Shown: positions 3,920-12,399, counted from the first letter of the stretch. The stretch: 12,399 nt of DNA from a virus (IMGVR_UViG_2751185956_000002:1-12399), one strand, 5' to 3'. Notes: generated by a model from the sequence alone, not told the origin. Numbers and translations: made by a program.

Positions 3920-6394
3920 TTATTGCGGAGTGACATCCTGTGGTCGCCACCAGTATGTCTGGTTAAACTCTTTCTTCGAACGTTGCTCCATTTTACGCAA
4001 ATAGCCTGGTGAAAAATACTCCTGCATCTGGTTAAAGATCATGTGATCGAGAGCCGCCTTCAAGTACCAGAGATTCGCACCAGGCATCAAACCTTTCCCC
4101 AGCTTCACCAGATCACCACCAGTCTGCTCACTCTTCCCTTCCACAGCATTTAACGGTATGCCCTGAGCAATCTTCACTACGTCATCAACCAGACCAGCTA
4201 CCGGGCCAAGCATCGACGCCAGCGCGCCGCTTCCGTACCTAGTGTGATCTGACAATAAAAAGTCACCGTAAAGGCCAAGACCACCACCTTTCAGTAGAGC
4301 ACCAAGCCAGAATTTTGCGGCATCTTCTCCTGTCATCTCTCGAGGATTACGACCAGACGCAAGGTCGTTAAGTTGCTGCGACAAAGCGCCAAGAATGGTC
4401 GTACTGGCAATAAACGTCGCAATATATGCCGCACGCCCACCAGCAGACGGCATACCCATAGCGCGTGACCAGTGACGCATAACAACCGAGATAGGGAACG
4501 ATTTAAACAGGAAAACACTTCTCGTTAATTCACCTTTCCATGTTCCACGCTGAATACCAGAACCGGTTATCAGTTGCTCACGTGCTCCCGGTGTAATAAC
4601 AGCCATATCAACTTCTTCAGTTACGGCACCGAGCAGTTTACGCATTGCCTCAAATTTCACGCGTTCAGGCTCACCAAGATGTTTAACTGCTGAATCAGGG
4701 ATACGCATAATGCTTTCCGGTGTCAGCATCGTATTATTACCGTTCCCCCAGTCCTCCTGTTTCGCCAGCTTCCATACGCTCCAGTCTGTGTCAGTAATCC
4801 CTTTGCTTTTCAGGATACGAAAATCAGAGTCATCGAGGCTACGAAGGTCTGGTGTCCGTGACACTACTTCTCCCAGGCTTCCCATCATGGTTACGCCATA
4901 GGCGCGCTTGTGCGCATCTGACCATGCTGTAAGCCCACTGGCACGCATTACCGCCGTTGCCGCCCAACGAGACACTGACGGCCCCATATTATCCATCGCC
5001 CAGCGGTTAACGCTGCCAAGTAGAGATTCCATCGCCAGACCAGCGCGGCGCGCCCGCGCAAGTTCTGTACGGTTCGTTGGGTCCATAGCTTCAAGCTGGT
5101 TGCGGAATAACTGGTTCATTGGAAGGTTGGTAACCTTCGCAGACAGATACATGGTTCCAAGATCAGAGAACGATGACAGCAACGCGGATCCGAGTCTGCT
5201 GGCAACCAGCCAGTTGCGGATATTGTCAGACCATCGCGCGATGTGCGGATTCGCTACAGGCTGTGTCTTTCCGGAAATAAAGTTGTACAGATTCTCTGTG
5301 TTGTTCGCCAGCCGCTCGACTTTACCGGTTTTACTCGGGTTAGCTGTTGCCGTTTCTGCCTTCACCTGATCAAGAAGAGAGCGGAAAACATGATCGGGGT
5401 TTGGGCCATATGTTTCCACCAGTGCAATATCTTTACTGATACCTTCCAGGTGACAGACCATGATTTCCCATAGAGAGCGATCGCCATAAAGTTGCTGATA
5501 TTGCAGATAGGAATCTGCATCTTTGAAATGTATCTGTCGTGATGCATTACCACGGTTAGCACGTGCGCCGGAAATTCGCATTCCGGTATCAGTAAGCTTA
5601 TTCAGCCCACCAGTAGCGATCGTGTTATAAGCCTCTCCAAGAAATGAAGACAACTCGGCATCGTTCATCAGTTGTCCATCGGCTCGGATATAATATTTGC
5701 GATCCAGCTTACCTATAACATCGCTAACCCACTTATCCTTTGATACTGCCCCAACCTTTTCCATAGAATGATGTTGAGGGATCCCCCAGTTTTCGAGATA
5801 GCCAATGTCCCCACCAGCATCATTAAACCGGCGGCGCAGCAGCTCTGTAACTTCTCTCCACGCCTTAGCACCGTTTCTTGCTTTAGCATTGCCAGTATTT
5901 TGCCCCCGCATTTCATATACCAGGTCACGTACGCCCGCTTCATCTTCAAACAGACCAAAAAAGCGAGGATCAACTGCTTCGAATGCCTCCTGCAATTGAC
6001 TCAATGCATAATCACGGGTGGCTTTTGTTCTGGATTCAACAGAGAGGAAATTAGATTTACCGTCTGCATTAAAAGCTATAGTACGGTTAAGAGCGCCAAG
6101 TTTCCCATCAGCCCCTTGATAGCTATTGATAAATTTATCCAATCTCTGACGCGCGGCTATAGTGAGAGCCACACGACGTTTATTTAATGCCGCTTCTCGC
6201 TGTAATTCTTCAGATGCCAATTGTGCTGCTCGATATAGCCGCTCTGATTCGGAAAGTTGTCGCCACGACATAGTGTCATCACGAGCAATGGAGCGCATAT
6301 TTCGATAAATGCGGTCTTCAATGTTCTGTATTTCTCGCGCCGTTAACATGCGCTGCGCCGCCTGCTGAACCGCTTGTATACATTCCTGTCTCAT
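3920..6394 (-). CDS. Large virion internal-core / DNA-ejection-type protein, 824 aa
   Basis: Uninterrupted ORF; ATG 6394-6392 with a GAGG-containing RBS; stop TAA 3922-3920. Third of three consecutive large proteins (837, 600, 824 aa) between small virion genes and the tailspike, the arrangement typical of podophage ejection/core proteins. Function is inferred from size, order and context only. Confidence 0.75.
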   Translation of the reverse strand: MRQECIQAVQQAAQRMLTAREIQNIEDRIYRNMRSIARDDTMSWRQLSESERLYRAAQLASEELQREAALNKRRVALTIAARQRLDKFINSYQGADGKLGALNRTIAFNADGKSNFLSVESRTKATRDYALSQLQEAFEAVDPRFFGLFEDEAGVRDLVYEMRGQNTGNAKARNGAKAWREVTELLRRRFNDAGGDIGYLENWGIPQHHSMEKVGAVSKDKWVSDVIGKLDRKYYIRADGQLMNDAELSSFLGEAYNTIATGGLNKLTDTGMRISGARANRGNASRQIHFKDADSYLQYQQLYGDRSLWEIMVCHLEGISKDIALVETYGPNPDHVFRSLLDQVKAETATANPSKTGKVERLANNTENLYNFISGKTQPVANPHIARWSDNIRNWLVASRLGSALLSSFSDLGTMYLSAKVTNLPMNQLFRNQLEAMDPTNRTELARARRAGLAMESLLGSVNRWAMDNMGPSVSRWAATAVMRASGLTAWSDAHKRAYGVTMMGSLGEVVSRTPDLRSLDDSDFRILKSKGITDTDWSVWKLAKQEDWGNGNNTMLTPESIMRIPDSAVKHLGEPERVKFEAMRKLLGAVTEEVDMAVITPGAREQLITGSGIQRGTWKGELTRSVFLFKSFPISVVMRHWSRAMGMPSAGGRAAYIATFIASTTILGALSQQLNDLASGRNPREMTGEDAAKFWLGALLKGGGLGLYGDFLLSDHTRYGSGALASMLGPVAGLVDDVVKIAQGIPLNAVEGKSEQTGGDLVKLGKGLMPGANLWYLKAALDHMIFNQMQEYFSPGYLRKMEQRSKKEFNQTYWWRPQDVTPQ

Positions 6395-6399
6395 TTAAT

Positions 6400-8202
6400 T
6401 TAACCTCTCAAGAAACACGCCACAGCGACATCAAACAGGCTGGAATCCTGTATTGCCTGCTCACTTTCCCTGTTCGCTTCATCCAGTGCTTCACGCGCAC
6501 TGCGCGATTGTGGATTACCATCATCATCCAGCACGGTGATTATCATGTCAGGTGATTCAAGCAGCGAGTCTTCAGCTATGCGCAAATCAATATCTCCTGC
6601 CTGATCTGACATCATTTTTTGTTCTGCCTGTTGCAATATTTTATCAGGCTCAAAAGGAGCTACTTCGTCTGGCGTCCTGACCTCTGCTGTTTTATAGAAT
6701 GAAACAGCCTGAGCATTAAGTTCACTTTCTGCCTGCTGTCTCCGAGCCAGTTCTGCTCGAGCTTCAAAAAACTGACCGCCAGGCTCATGCGGTGCCAACG
6801 CGTTACGAGAAAATTCCAGGCGTTCTTGTGCCTGCCGGATTCGTTGGTCAATATCGCGAAGTCTGGCCTGTTTATCTGATCGAGCACGAGATAAAGCCTT
6901 ACCGCTACCGGCTGGATCTTCTGCAAGAATTTGTGCGCGCTGTTCAGTGAGATTTTCAATAATTCGTTGGCTATTAGCGATTTCAGACTGGTAAACCTGT
7001 CTATCGCCACGCGGCAAAAGCTGCGCGGCCTGTTCTTCAAGCAACCGATTTTCTATAGCGCGCGCCGTTACTCCATCATCTACAGATGACAGAGCCTCAT
7101 TAACTGCCTGAGACAGCAGACTCTTGCGTCCAGGAATTTCACTGAAAGATGCAGACTCAACAATGCTGGCAACGTCTACAGGTCTCCCCTGGCTAACATC
7201 AGACATGGCTTTTCGCAGAGCCTGAATGTGCGAATTACGCGAAAGCACGTTGATCGGCACGCCGGGAGCAATATCAATTTCAGCATGATGAGCGGCATTC
7301 GCCGCCAGTGCAGCATCGATATCAACTGGTGAAAAATTTGGTGCGCTTGTAGACTCGCCGCGAGAGTTAATAAATCTGCCGACACCACCAAACGCCACCC
7401 CAAGAACAGCATCAATAGCAATTGCCTGTCGATCCAACACATCATACTGGTTAGCCATTTCGCTATAGCCACCATCACGAAGCGTTTTTGCAGTAAGCCC
7501 ACGCTGTGCCATACCGAACGCAATATTTGTACCTGCGGCATAGGCAATATCTGGCGTTGCACGTACTGCTGTTGCTGCGGCGCGTCGCACTGAACTTTCA
7601 CCCGTCCGCGCAAGCTGAGCCGCCACACCTTCCGCCAGCGCACCACCAGCACGTAACCCGAGGCTCATAGGGATCAGTGTTCCGGCACCAGCAGTAATAC
7701 CCTGCACTAATCCCGCTTCCTGCGCCGTCCTGAAATCAACACCCTGTGCTGTAAGCCGTTCAAACTCAGAAAAACCCTGTAGAGAAGTTACCGCCGCAGC
7801 ACCTCCGACCGGACCACCGAGCGTTGTACCGACAACAGCCTGCCCGCCCATATCGAACAACCCATAAAGGACCTGCCCGGCGGTTCCGGTTGTCGCGGCA
7901 TCAGGCGTCAGCCGCTTAACCTGCTGCTCTGCTAGTTTTCTCTGCTCAGCAATGTATGAAACTGAAGTGTCATTGATCGAGGTGTTTTCGTTAACAAACT
8001 GAGCAATCGGGGATACGATTTTATCCATCCCTGCCCATAGCAACTGATCTGGCTTTGCCACCAGCCCGGAGTACAAACCAGACAATGCCGCTCCTACAGC
8101 ATTGTCGAAAAAACCAACATCGCTGTTAAAGCCAGCTGGATTTGATGCTGCTTCGTCAAGCTGCTGATTCTGGTTTACTGGATTAAGGCCAAAGTAACTC
8201 AT
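6400..8202 (-). CDS. Virion internal / DNA-ejection-type protein, 600 aa (Gly/Ala-rich N-terminal half, coiled-coil-like charged C-terminal half)
   Basis: ATG 8202-8200 overlaps the stop of the upstream gene (ATGA). The N-terminal half is rich in Gly/Ala hydrophobic segments (e.g. GTTLGGPVGGAAAVTSLQG, GITAGAGTLIPMSLGLRAGGALAEGVAAQLA), suggestive of membrane insertion. The C-terminal half is Arg/Glu/Gln/Ala-rich with heptad-like character. Confidence 0.75.
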   Translation of the reverse strand: MSYFGLNPVNQNQQLDEAASNPAGFNSDVGFFDNAVGAALSGLYSGLVAKPDQLLWAGMDKIVSPIAQFVNENTSINDTSVSYIAEQRKLAEQQVKRLTPDAATTGTAGQVLYGLFDMGGQAVVGTTLGGPVGGAAAVTSLQGFSEFERLTAQGVDFRTAQEAGLVQGITAGAGTLIPMSLGLRAGGALAEGVAAQLARTGESSVRRAAATAVRATPDIAYAAGTNIAFGMAQRGLTAKTLRDGGYSEMANQYDVLDRQAIAIDAVLGVAFGGVGRFINSRGESTSAPNFSPVDIDAALAANAAHHAEIDIAPGVPINVLSRNSHIQALRKAMSDVSQGRPVDVASIVESASFSEIPGRKSLLSQAVNEALSSVDDGVTARAIENRLLEEQAAQLLPRGDRQVYQSEIANSQRIIENLTEQRAQILAEDPAGSGKALSRARSDKQARLRDIDQRIRQAQERLEFSRNALAPHEPGGQFFEARAELARRQQAESELNAQAVSFYKTAEVRTPDEVAPFEPDKILQQAEQKMMSDQAGDIDLRIAEDSLLESPDMIITVLDDDGNPQSRSAREALDEANRESEQAIQDSSLFDVAVACFLRG

Positions 8203-10712
8203 TGCGGAATATCTCCGGAGAATCTCTGACGCTTCTGTGTCAGATTAAGAACAACGGGAGAACCATCATCTTTCAGCAGATAACCAGTACCAAGTTTCAC
8301 CAGGTACTGACTATCGCCGTAACTTTGCAAACCATACTGACCAGGCGGTGTTTTTATCCCGGAGCCGACAACTTGTTCATTCCAAGCCTGATTAACCTGC
8401 TTATCGAATTGCTCTGCAGACATTCCCCACGGCAAAAGGACATTCCCCATTCCGTTATAGTCATGCACGCCACCTGTAGCTACGTTAACAGCCTGTTTCC
8501 AGACATCATTGTCAATTTCGCCTGATACCACGCCTTTTTTCGCCATCACACCAGCGTAATAATCCTTTGCGATCTCGTATGCCATTGATGCGCCCTGAGC
8601 GTCACCAGCAAATGCATCCTTCACCATGTCAGAAAACTCAAGGCGAAGATCAGCATCTTTAGGCATCGGAATACCTTTCGCATCATCAGTACCTTTACGA
8701 GCCGCCGCGCCAGCAAGAATTGTCTGCGCAGCGGTTTCAGGAGACACGGAAACATCCGGATTAAACCAGTTTTTTTCTGCCAAAATACCACCAGGCTTAT
8801 CCATCAGTATCCCGGCAACGGCAGCAGATGGAGCGTTGGCACTGATCTGCTGTAGTGCTGACATATACACCTGCCCACCACCAGTGCTCTGCCTGATGGT
8901 ATCGAGATATGCTGCCTGTTGGGAAACTGGAGCATCACGAAAGAAAACACCGATCTGATTGGCCTCGTCTTTGGAAAAGAACGTCAGTAGAGTGCCATAT
9001 GACTTAGCAAGGTCACTGACCTGAGCGGCACGCAAGGCAACGCTCTGTCCAAAGTTATCCTTATTGCTCATGTCGATAGGCTTTGCCTGTCCGGAGGCAA
9101 GAGAGAACTGCACAGGATCCGACTGCCGCTGCTTTATCACCTGATTTGCAGCCGAAACAACGTTGTCATAAAGAGTTGCGCGTGCCGCATACCCCTCCCC
9201 TGTATCACCAGTATCCGGGCGTAATTGCTCAACATATGCTGTAATGCTGCTTGTCGGCATGTTGCGGAAAGAGCCTATATACTGTCCGGCGATCTGCGTA
9301 TTCTTAAACTCGGTATATCGCAGGTTTCCTTCTCTGACTCCATAAGCTGCAATAAAATCATCCTCACCAGGTGGGTTAGGAAATTCAATGCCACGCATAT
9401 ACGCAGCCGTCGCATCGCGAACCCGGCTGTCGAGCATCGTTTTATATTCAGCCTGCTGTTGTCTGGCTAGTGCATCAGTCTGTCGCAACACGCTGGCCTG
9501 ATCTGATTCACTTAAAGCATCGAACCAGGCTACACCGGTATAACGTTTATTTTTTGTCGGTAGCTGAGAAAGCCCCAGCGCAGCACTAACACCTGCAGTT
9601 AACTGCTGATCACTGTATGGCTGGCTACCGTTTTCATGATGGATAATGGCTGCACAAAGCGCCTTCAGGGTATCAGGATTTGATGCATCGAGAGGCTCAT
9701 CAGCAGAAACGCCAAGTTGTTCGCACACTGCTTTGATATACGACATAGTGTCATTTTTATCAGTAGGCGGTGCCCAGCGATTAATTATCTCGCTGACGGT
9801 ATCAATACCCTGCCGCTGATACGACATCAGGTTCCGCCCTAATGCACGAATACCGTGTTCAGGGGTTTCGAATTTGGCAAAGCGACCATCATCACCAGTC
9901 TGCCCAACCCACGGATTAGTTTTGCTGTATTCAAGATTGCCGGGGTTATTGTTGCGTATACCGCGGGTACGATCGGAAGAGCCACTATCTGCTACAGCAC
10001 GGCGAGAACCAGCAGCAGTATCGCTTAACTCTCCGTTTTGCTGTCTTACCTGAAGATAGTTTGCTCCAATAGCATTTTGAGCAGTTGCTTTTGCTGTTGC
10101 TTCTTTAAACTCGATTTTCTTGGCCTGGATTTGCTCGTCACTCCAGCCATGTGCAATGCCGTAATCCTCAATTTGCTGGAAAGTTTGCTTATTAGCCAAT
10201 ACGTATGCGGCGTTGTCGCCATACAATGCTGCGGCATTTTTACCATTGTTCAGCAGCGTAGCCTGAAACTGGCCTTCTTCGTAGGCATTTATTTGCCCTA
10301 TCTCGTGCCGCCCGGCCTGCGTAGTGAACTGAATGCGCTGCTGCTGCGCCTGCTGCATGAAAGCATTACGAGCCTGTTCATCCGGCAGCGACATAGCCAG
10401 TTGTTCGACCTGAGCATCAAACTGCTGCGTATACTCCTGACCTTTTCCAATAGCATTTTTCCCTTTCAGGTTAAGCAAACCTGTTTCAGGGTTATTCAGC
10501 AGATCGCTGCTTATCTGGCTTAAGCTAAGAGAAGCATCCTGAGCCATAGCAACATTCGCACGCTGTTTTGCCTGCGCAATAATACCTGCATATTGCTCTG
10601 CAACATCGCCAAGTACATCACCGACATTTGGTGTCTGAAACGATGAGAATCCCTGCGTCGAAATCCCTCTGCTCTGAACCTGACGGCCCGATGTTGTTGG
10701 TACAACTGGCAT
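8199..10712 (-). CDS. Large virion internal / DNA-ejection-type protein, 837 aa, with an embedded conserved-looking globular domain (residues ~251-380)
   Basis: ATG 10712-10710 with GGGGA RBS 12 nt after the upstream stop; stop TGA 8201-8199. Contains GIRNNNPGNLEYSKTNPWVGQTGDDGRFAKFETPEHGIRALGRNLMSYQRQGIDTVSEIINRWAPP, which I associate with phage structural proteins carrying a cell-wall-acting domain, but cannot verify. Confidence 0.75.
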   Translation of the reverse strand: MPVVPTTSGRQVQSRGISTQGFSSFQTPNVGDVLGDVAEQYAGIIAQAKQRANVAMAQDASLSLSQISSDLLNNPETGLLNLKGKNAIGKGQEYTQQFDAQVEQLAMSLPDEQARNAFMQQAQQQRIQFTTQAGRHEIGQINAYEEGQFQATLLNNGKNAAALYGDNAAYVLANKQTFQQIEDYGIAHGWSDEQIQAKKIEFKEATAKATAQNAIGANYLQVRQQNGELSDTAAGSRRAVADSGSSDRTRGIRNNNPGNLEYSKTNPWVGQTGDDGRFAKFETPEHGIRALGRNLMSYQRQGIDTVSEIINRWAPPTDKNDTMSYIKAVCEQLGVSADEPLDASNPDTLKALCAAIIHHENGSQPYSDQQLTAGVSAALGLSQLPTKNKRYTGVAWFDALSESDQASVLRQTDALARQQQAEYKTMLDSRVRDATAAYMRGIEFPNPPGEDDFIAAYGVREGNLRYTEFKNTQIAGQYIGSFRNMPTSSITAYVEQLRPDTGDTGEGYAARATLYDNVVSAANQVIKQRQSDPVQFSLASGQAKPIDMSNKDNFGQSVALRAAQVSDLAKSYGTLLTFFSKDEANQIGVFFRDAPVSQQAAYLDTIRQSTGGGQVYMSALQQISANAPSAAVAGILMDKPGGILAEKNWFNPDVSVSPETAAQTILAGAAARKGTDDAKGIPMPKDADLRLEFSDMVKDAFAGDAQGASMAYEIAKDYYAGVMAKKGVVSGEIDNDVWKQAVNVATGGVHDYNGMGNVLLPWGMSAEQFDKQVNQAWNEQVVGSGIKTPPGQYGLQSYGDSQYLVKLGTGYLLKDDGSPVVLNLTQKRQRFSGDIPQ

Positions 10713-10724
10713 CTTATTATCCCC

Positions 10725-11264
10725 TTATCGACCGGTTGGAGTGCCAACAGCAGCAGAAATCGGCGCAGCCTTCTGAGAGAACGGGCTCCACGTTCCGCCG
10801 CCCATCTGGTATGCACCGTATGCTTTTAGTGGTGCCGTTAACAAAGTGCTGGTCATCGATGATTTAGCAGCCGACTGAGCAGCAGCCCCCTGTGCCTGAG
10901 CATTCATTCCCTGAACCTGATACCCATATGCCTCACGCTGAGCATTATTCACTGTCGTTAACGCATCAAGAGTGCCGAACTGAGCATTATCCGCAAAAAC
11001 GTCAAGAGCTGTTCCGCTACTTAATTCCGCACCGGTAGCCCCCATAGTGGCCGCCGCAGTGCCTGAGCGTTGACGCATTTCACGACGACGCTGATCCGCT
11101 TCAATATTCCCACGATTGATTGAATCCTGTGCCTGAGCTTCAGCAATTTCAGCATTCCGATCAGCTATGGCTGACTGGTATTTTGCCTGCTTGCTCTGGC
11201 TGTACATTGACGCGGCTGTGGATGCCACTGTGACGGCAACCAAAGCGATGGCTGGGTTACACAT
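10725..11264 (-). CDS. Small membrane-anchored virion protein, 179 aa
   Basis: ATG 11264-11262 overlaps the upstream stop (TAATG); RBS GGAG 8 nt upstream. N-terminal hydrophobic segment MCNPAIALVAVTVASTAASMY, then an Ala/Gln-rich charged region and a Gly-rich C-terminus. Resembles the small membrane-associated internal proteins that precede large core proteins in podophages (analogy only). Confidence 0.65.
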   Translation of the reverse strand: MCNPAIALVAVTVASTAASMYSQSKQAKYQSAIADRNAEIAEAQAQDSINRGNIEADQRRREMRQRSGTAAATMGATGAELSSGTALDVFADNAQFGTLDALTTVNNAQREAYGYQVQGMNAQAQGAAAQSAAKSSMTSTLLTAPLKAYGAYQMGGGTWSPFSQKAAPISAAVGTPTGR

Positions 11265-11728
11265 TATTTTCTCTCCATGTGAAATCTGTGGAAATTAAGA
11301 CCAAGAGCACCATAAGGCGCGGCTTCTTCAAGCCTGAATCCAAGCCAGTGCAGCCATGCTTTGGCAACATGGTTTCGCTCGTCGACGTAGTTTTCCAGGC
11401 GCGGATAAACTGCCAGCATCTGCTGCAATACAGGGCGGCAGTGGCGAAGAAATGTCTTCTGATATTTTTCAATACGGCTGGTTCCTACCAGCCAGGGAGT
11501 ACCATTGCCACCGATCATTGACGCCGGAGATACGCCAAACATGGTTACCAGTTCTCCGTTCGCAAATCCTGACCAGGCCATAGTCGCAGTGCGAAGACCA
11601 ACACGCAGCGCATCTTCGGTAGTCATCAGTGATACCGCATACAGTTCGTCAATATCAGCCTGACGAACATCCGGCAAAATCATCTGAAGATGCTCTTCGG
11701 TTGCGGGAATAATTTGAACATCGATCAT
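11264..11728 (-). CDS. Virion morphogenesis-associated protein, 154 aa, function unknown
   Basis: ATG 11728-11726 overlaps the stop of the upstream gene (ATGA), indicating translational coupling within the virion operon. The C-terminal stretch NHVAKAWLHWLGFRLEE loosely resembles the conserved C-terminal motif of GNAT-type acetyltransferases (weak, unverified). Confidence 0.65.
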   Translation of the reverse strand: MIDVQIIPATEEHLQMILPDVRQADIDELYAVSLMTTEDALRVGLRTATMAWSGFANGELVTMFGVSPASMIGGNGTPWLVGTSRIEKYQKTFLRHCRPVLQQMLAVYPRLENYVDERNHVAKAWLHWLGFRLEEAAPYGALGLNFHRFHMERK

Positions 11729-12264
11729 CAGAACCCACCAACAGTAAGGCGAGGAATAACGGCAAGAACAGACAGCGGCAACGGATCAAGCTGACGGATT
11801 TTTACACGTCCGTTTTTGCCCCAGTTACTGTCCAGTTTCACTTCTACTTTTCCGGTAGCATCATCAACAGGATCATCGTAGAACTCGAATTCACGCTGTG
11901 GATATTCGTACCATTTACCGCCGGGCGTAGTCGCCCAGATGCCGCGACTGGCATTCACAACCAGAGTAACGGACGGGATCACCTGTTTTTTGTCCAGCAG
12001 CGTTTCCTGTCCGTTAATGTTGATATCCAGTGTTTCGAATTCAGCAGTTATTGGCAGGCCGATGTGCACTACAGCCCCCGGTGATTCCAGCGTGACGGCA
12101 CCTCCGGAAACCACTTTCTGTGGTTCCACGTTCGCATCAGAGAGAATGTTTACGGTCTGGCCTTCAAGATGAGACAGGCCTCCAAATGTCCGGCGCGCCA
12201 TCTGCCAGTTCGTGGTGGCCACATTCCTGAGGGATGGCGGGACGTTCCTGTTAGCACGAACCAC
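11728..12264 (-). CDS. Virion morphogenesis-associated protein, ~178 aa, function unknown; start uncertain
   Basis: Frame open from the stop at 12321-12319 down to TGA 11730-11728. The most upstream start is GTG 12264-12262 (no clear RBS); the alternative ATG 12201-12199 also lacks an RBS. The protein sequence is globular-looking and directly coupled to the downstream gene. Confidence 0.6.
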   Translation of the reverse strand: MVRANRNVPPSLRNVATTNWQMARRTFGGLSHLEGQTVNILSDANVEPQKVVSGGAVTLESPGAVVHIGLPITAEFETLDININGQETLLDKKQVIPSVTLVVNASRGIWATTPGGKWYEYPQREFEFYDDPVDDATGKVEVKLDSNWGKNGRVKIRQLDPLPLSVLAVIPRLTVGGF

Positions 12265-12365
12265 TACAGCGGTATTGCTGGTTACAGAAATAATGTCGCA
12301 ACGTAGATGATATGACCTTTATATACTCACTATAGCATTGGTGGGATATTCCAGAGGAGGTCATC

Positions 12366-12399
12366 ATGCATTCGGAAAATATTGCGGCTTACGTCGGGC
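12366..12399 (+). CDS. Possible 5-prime end of a plus-strand gene running off the window (MHSENIAAYVG...)
   Basis: ATG 12366 preceded by a strong Shine-Dalgarno AGAGGAGG (12353-12360) with a 5-nt spacer. Only 11 codons are visible. A minus-strand reading frame entering from beyond the window edge could instead end at 12364-12362 (TGA), so this is ambiguous. Confidence 0.3.
   Translation, partial: MHSENIAAYVG

Larger units (their letters stand above)
1..12399. mobile_element. Internal segment of a temperate phage / prophage genome (late virion-gene operon plus accessory-immunity island); element boundaries lie outside the window
   Basis: Contiguous virion-gene operon with overlapping stop/start codons, a tailspike gene, an antirepressor gene and AT-rich moron-like inserts each with its own promoter-like and terminator signals. 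No integrase, attachment site or tRNA is visible, so the ends cannot be placed. Confidence 0.7.

Noticed and set aside
3748-3936. ORF-track 62-aa minus-strand ORF between the 824-aa gene and the lipoprotein
   Set aside because: No RBS at any of its candidate starts, and it overlaps the end of the 824-aa gene. The alternative frame (3786-3908) has AAGGAG with optimal spacing and encodes a cleaner membrane peptide, so that frame was reported instead.
4333-10867. Numerous 60-160-aa ORFs nested within or antisense to the three large virion genes (e.g. 4908-5369, 5768-6187, 6660-7040, 7176-7652, 8626-8958, 10038-10523, 10520-10816)
   Set aside because: All lie inside long uninterrupted ORFs that have coupled starts; they are typical alternative-frame artefacts.
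10725-12264. Short overlapping ORFs in the small-virion-gene region (11257-11472, 11279-11521, 11356-11583, 11939-12172)
   Set aside because: Nested in or antisense to the translationally coupled 179/154/178-aa genes; no independent signals.
12322-12335. Exact 11-mer ACTCACTATAG (12325-12335), identical to the -10 to +1 core of phage T7 RNA polymerase promoters, about 30 nt upstream of the strong RBS at 12353
   Set aside because: The upstream specificity region does not match the T7 consensus (TTTATAT instead of TAATACG, one base short, wrong base at the critical -11 position). Nothing in the window suggests a single-subunit RNA polymerase system. Probably coincidence, though it could be re-examined if the complete genome encodes such a polymerase.
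1-12399. Scan for tRNA, rRNA, CRISPR repeats, integrase/transposase or attachment-site-like direct repeats
   Set aside because: No cloverleaf-compatible tRNA signature (no GTTCGAATC-type T-arm in a suitable context), no repeat-spacer periodicity and no recombinase-like ORF was seen. The window appears entirely internal to the element.

Overview
This window reads as an internal segment of a temperate, podovirus-like phage or prophage from an enterobacterial-type host. That is inference from gene content, ribosome-binding-site style and composition; no database search was possible. The right two-thirds (3.9-12.3 kb, minus strand) is a tightly packed late operon. It has three small virion proteins followed by three very large ones (837, 600 and 824 aa) of the internal-core / DNA-ejection type, joined by ATGA/TAATG start-stop overlaps. 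The same transcript appears to run on into an AT-rich pair of genes (a 40-aa hydrophobic peptide and an outer-membrane lipoprotein) and ends at a terminator near 3283-3311. The left third is a mosaic accessory island lying between that operon and the 5-prime end of a tailspike gene (1-879, minus strand, continues off the window). On the plus strand it carries an antirepressor gene, a small stand-alone paralog of the antirepressor C-terminal domain, a highly structured intergenic region that may encode a small RNA, a two-gene cassette (55-aa ORF plus an AT-rich His/Cys-motif protein) and a small exported Cys-containing peptide. Three copies of a TTACC-N5-GGTAA palindrome sit at promoter-like elements in this island. 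The layout is analogous in position to the sieA/immI region of P22-type phages but with different components. The most likely candidates for an undescribed system are (i) the operator-wired antirepressor island, (ii) the AT-rich cassette and (iii) the membrane peptide plus lipoprotein pair, a candidate superinfection-exclusion module. No rRNA, tRNA, CRISPR array, integrase or transposase was seen. All functional calls rest on motifs read by eye and on gene order.
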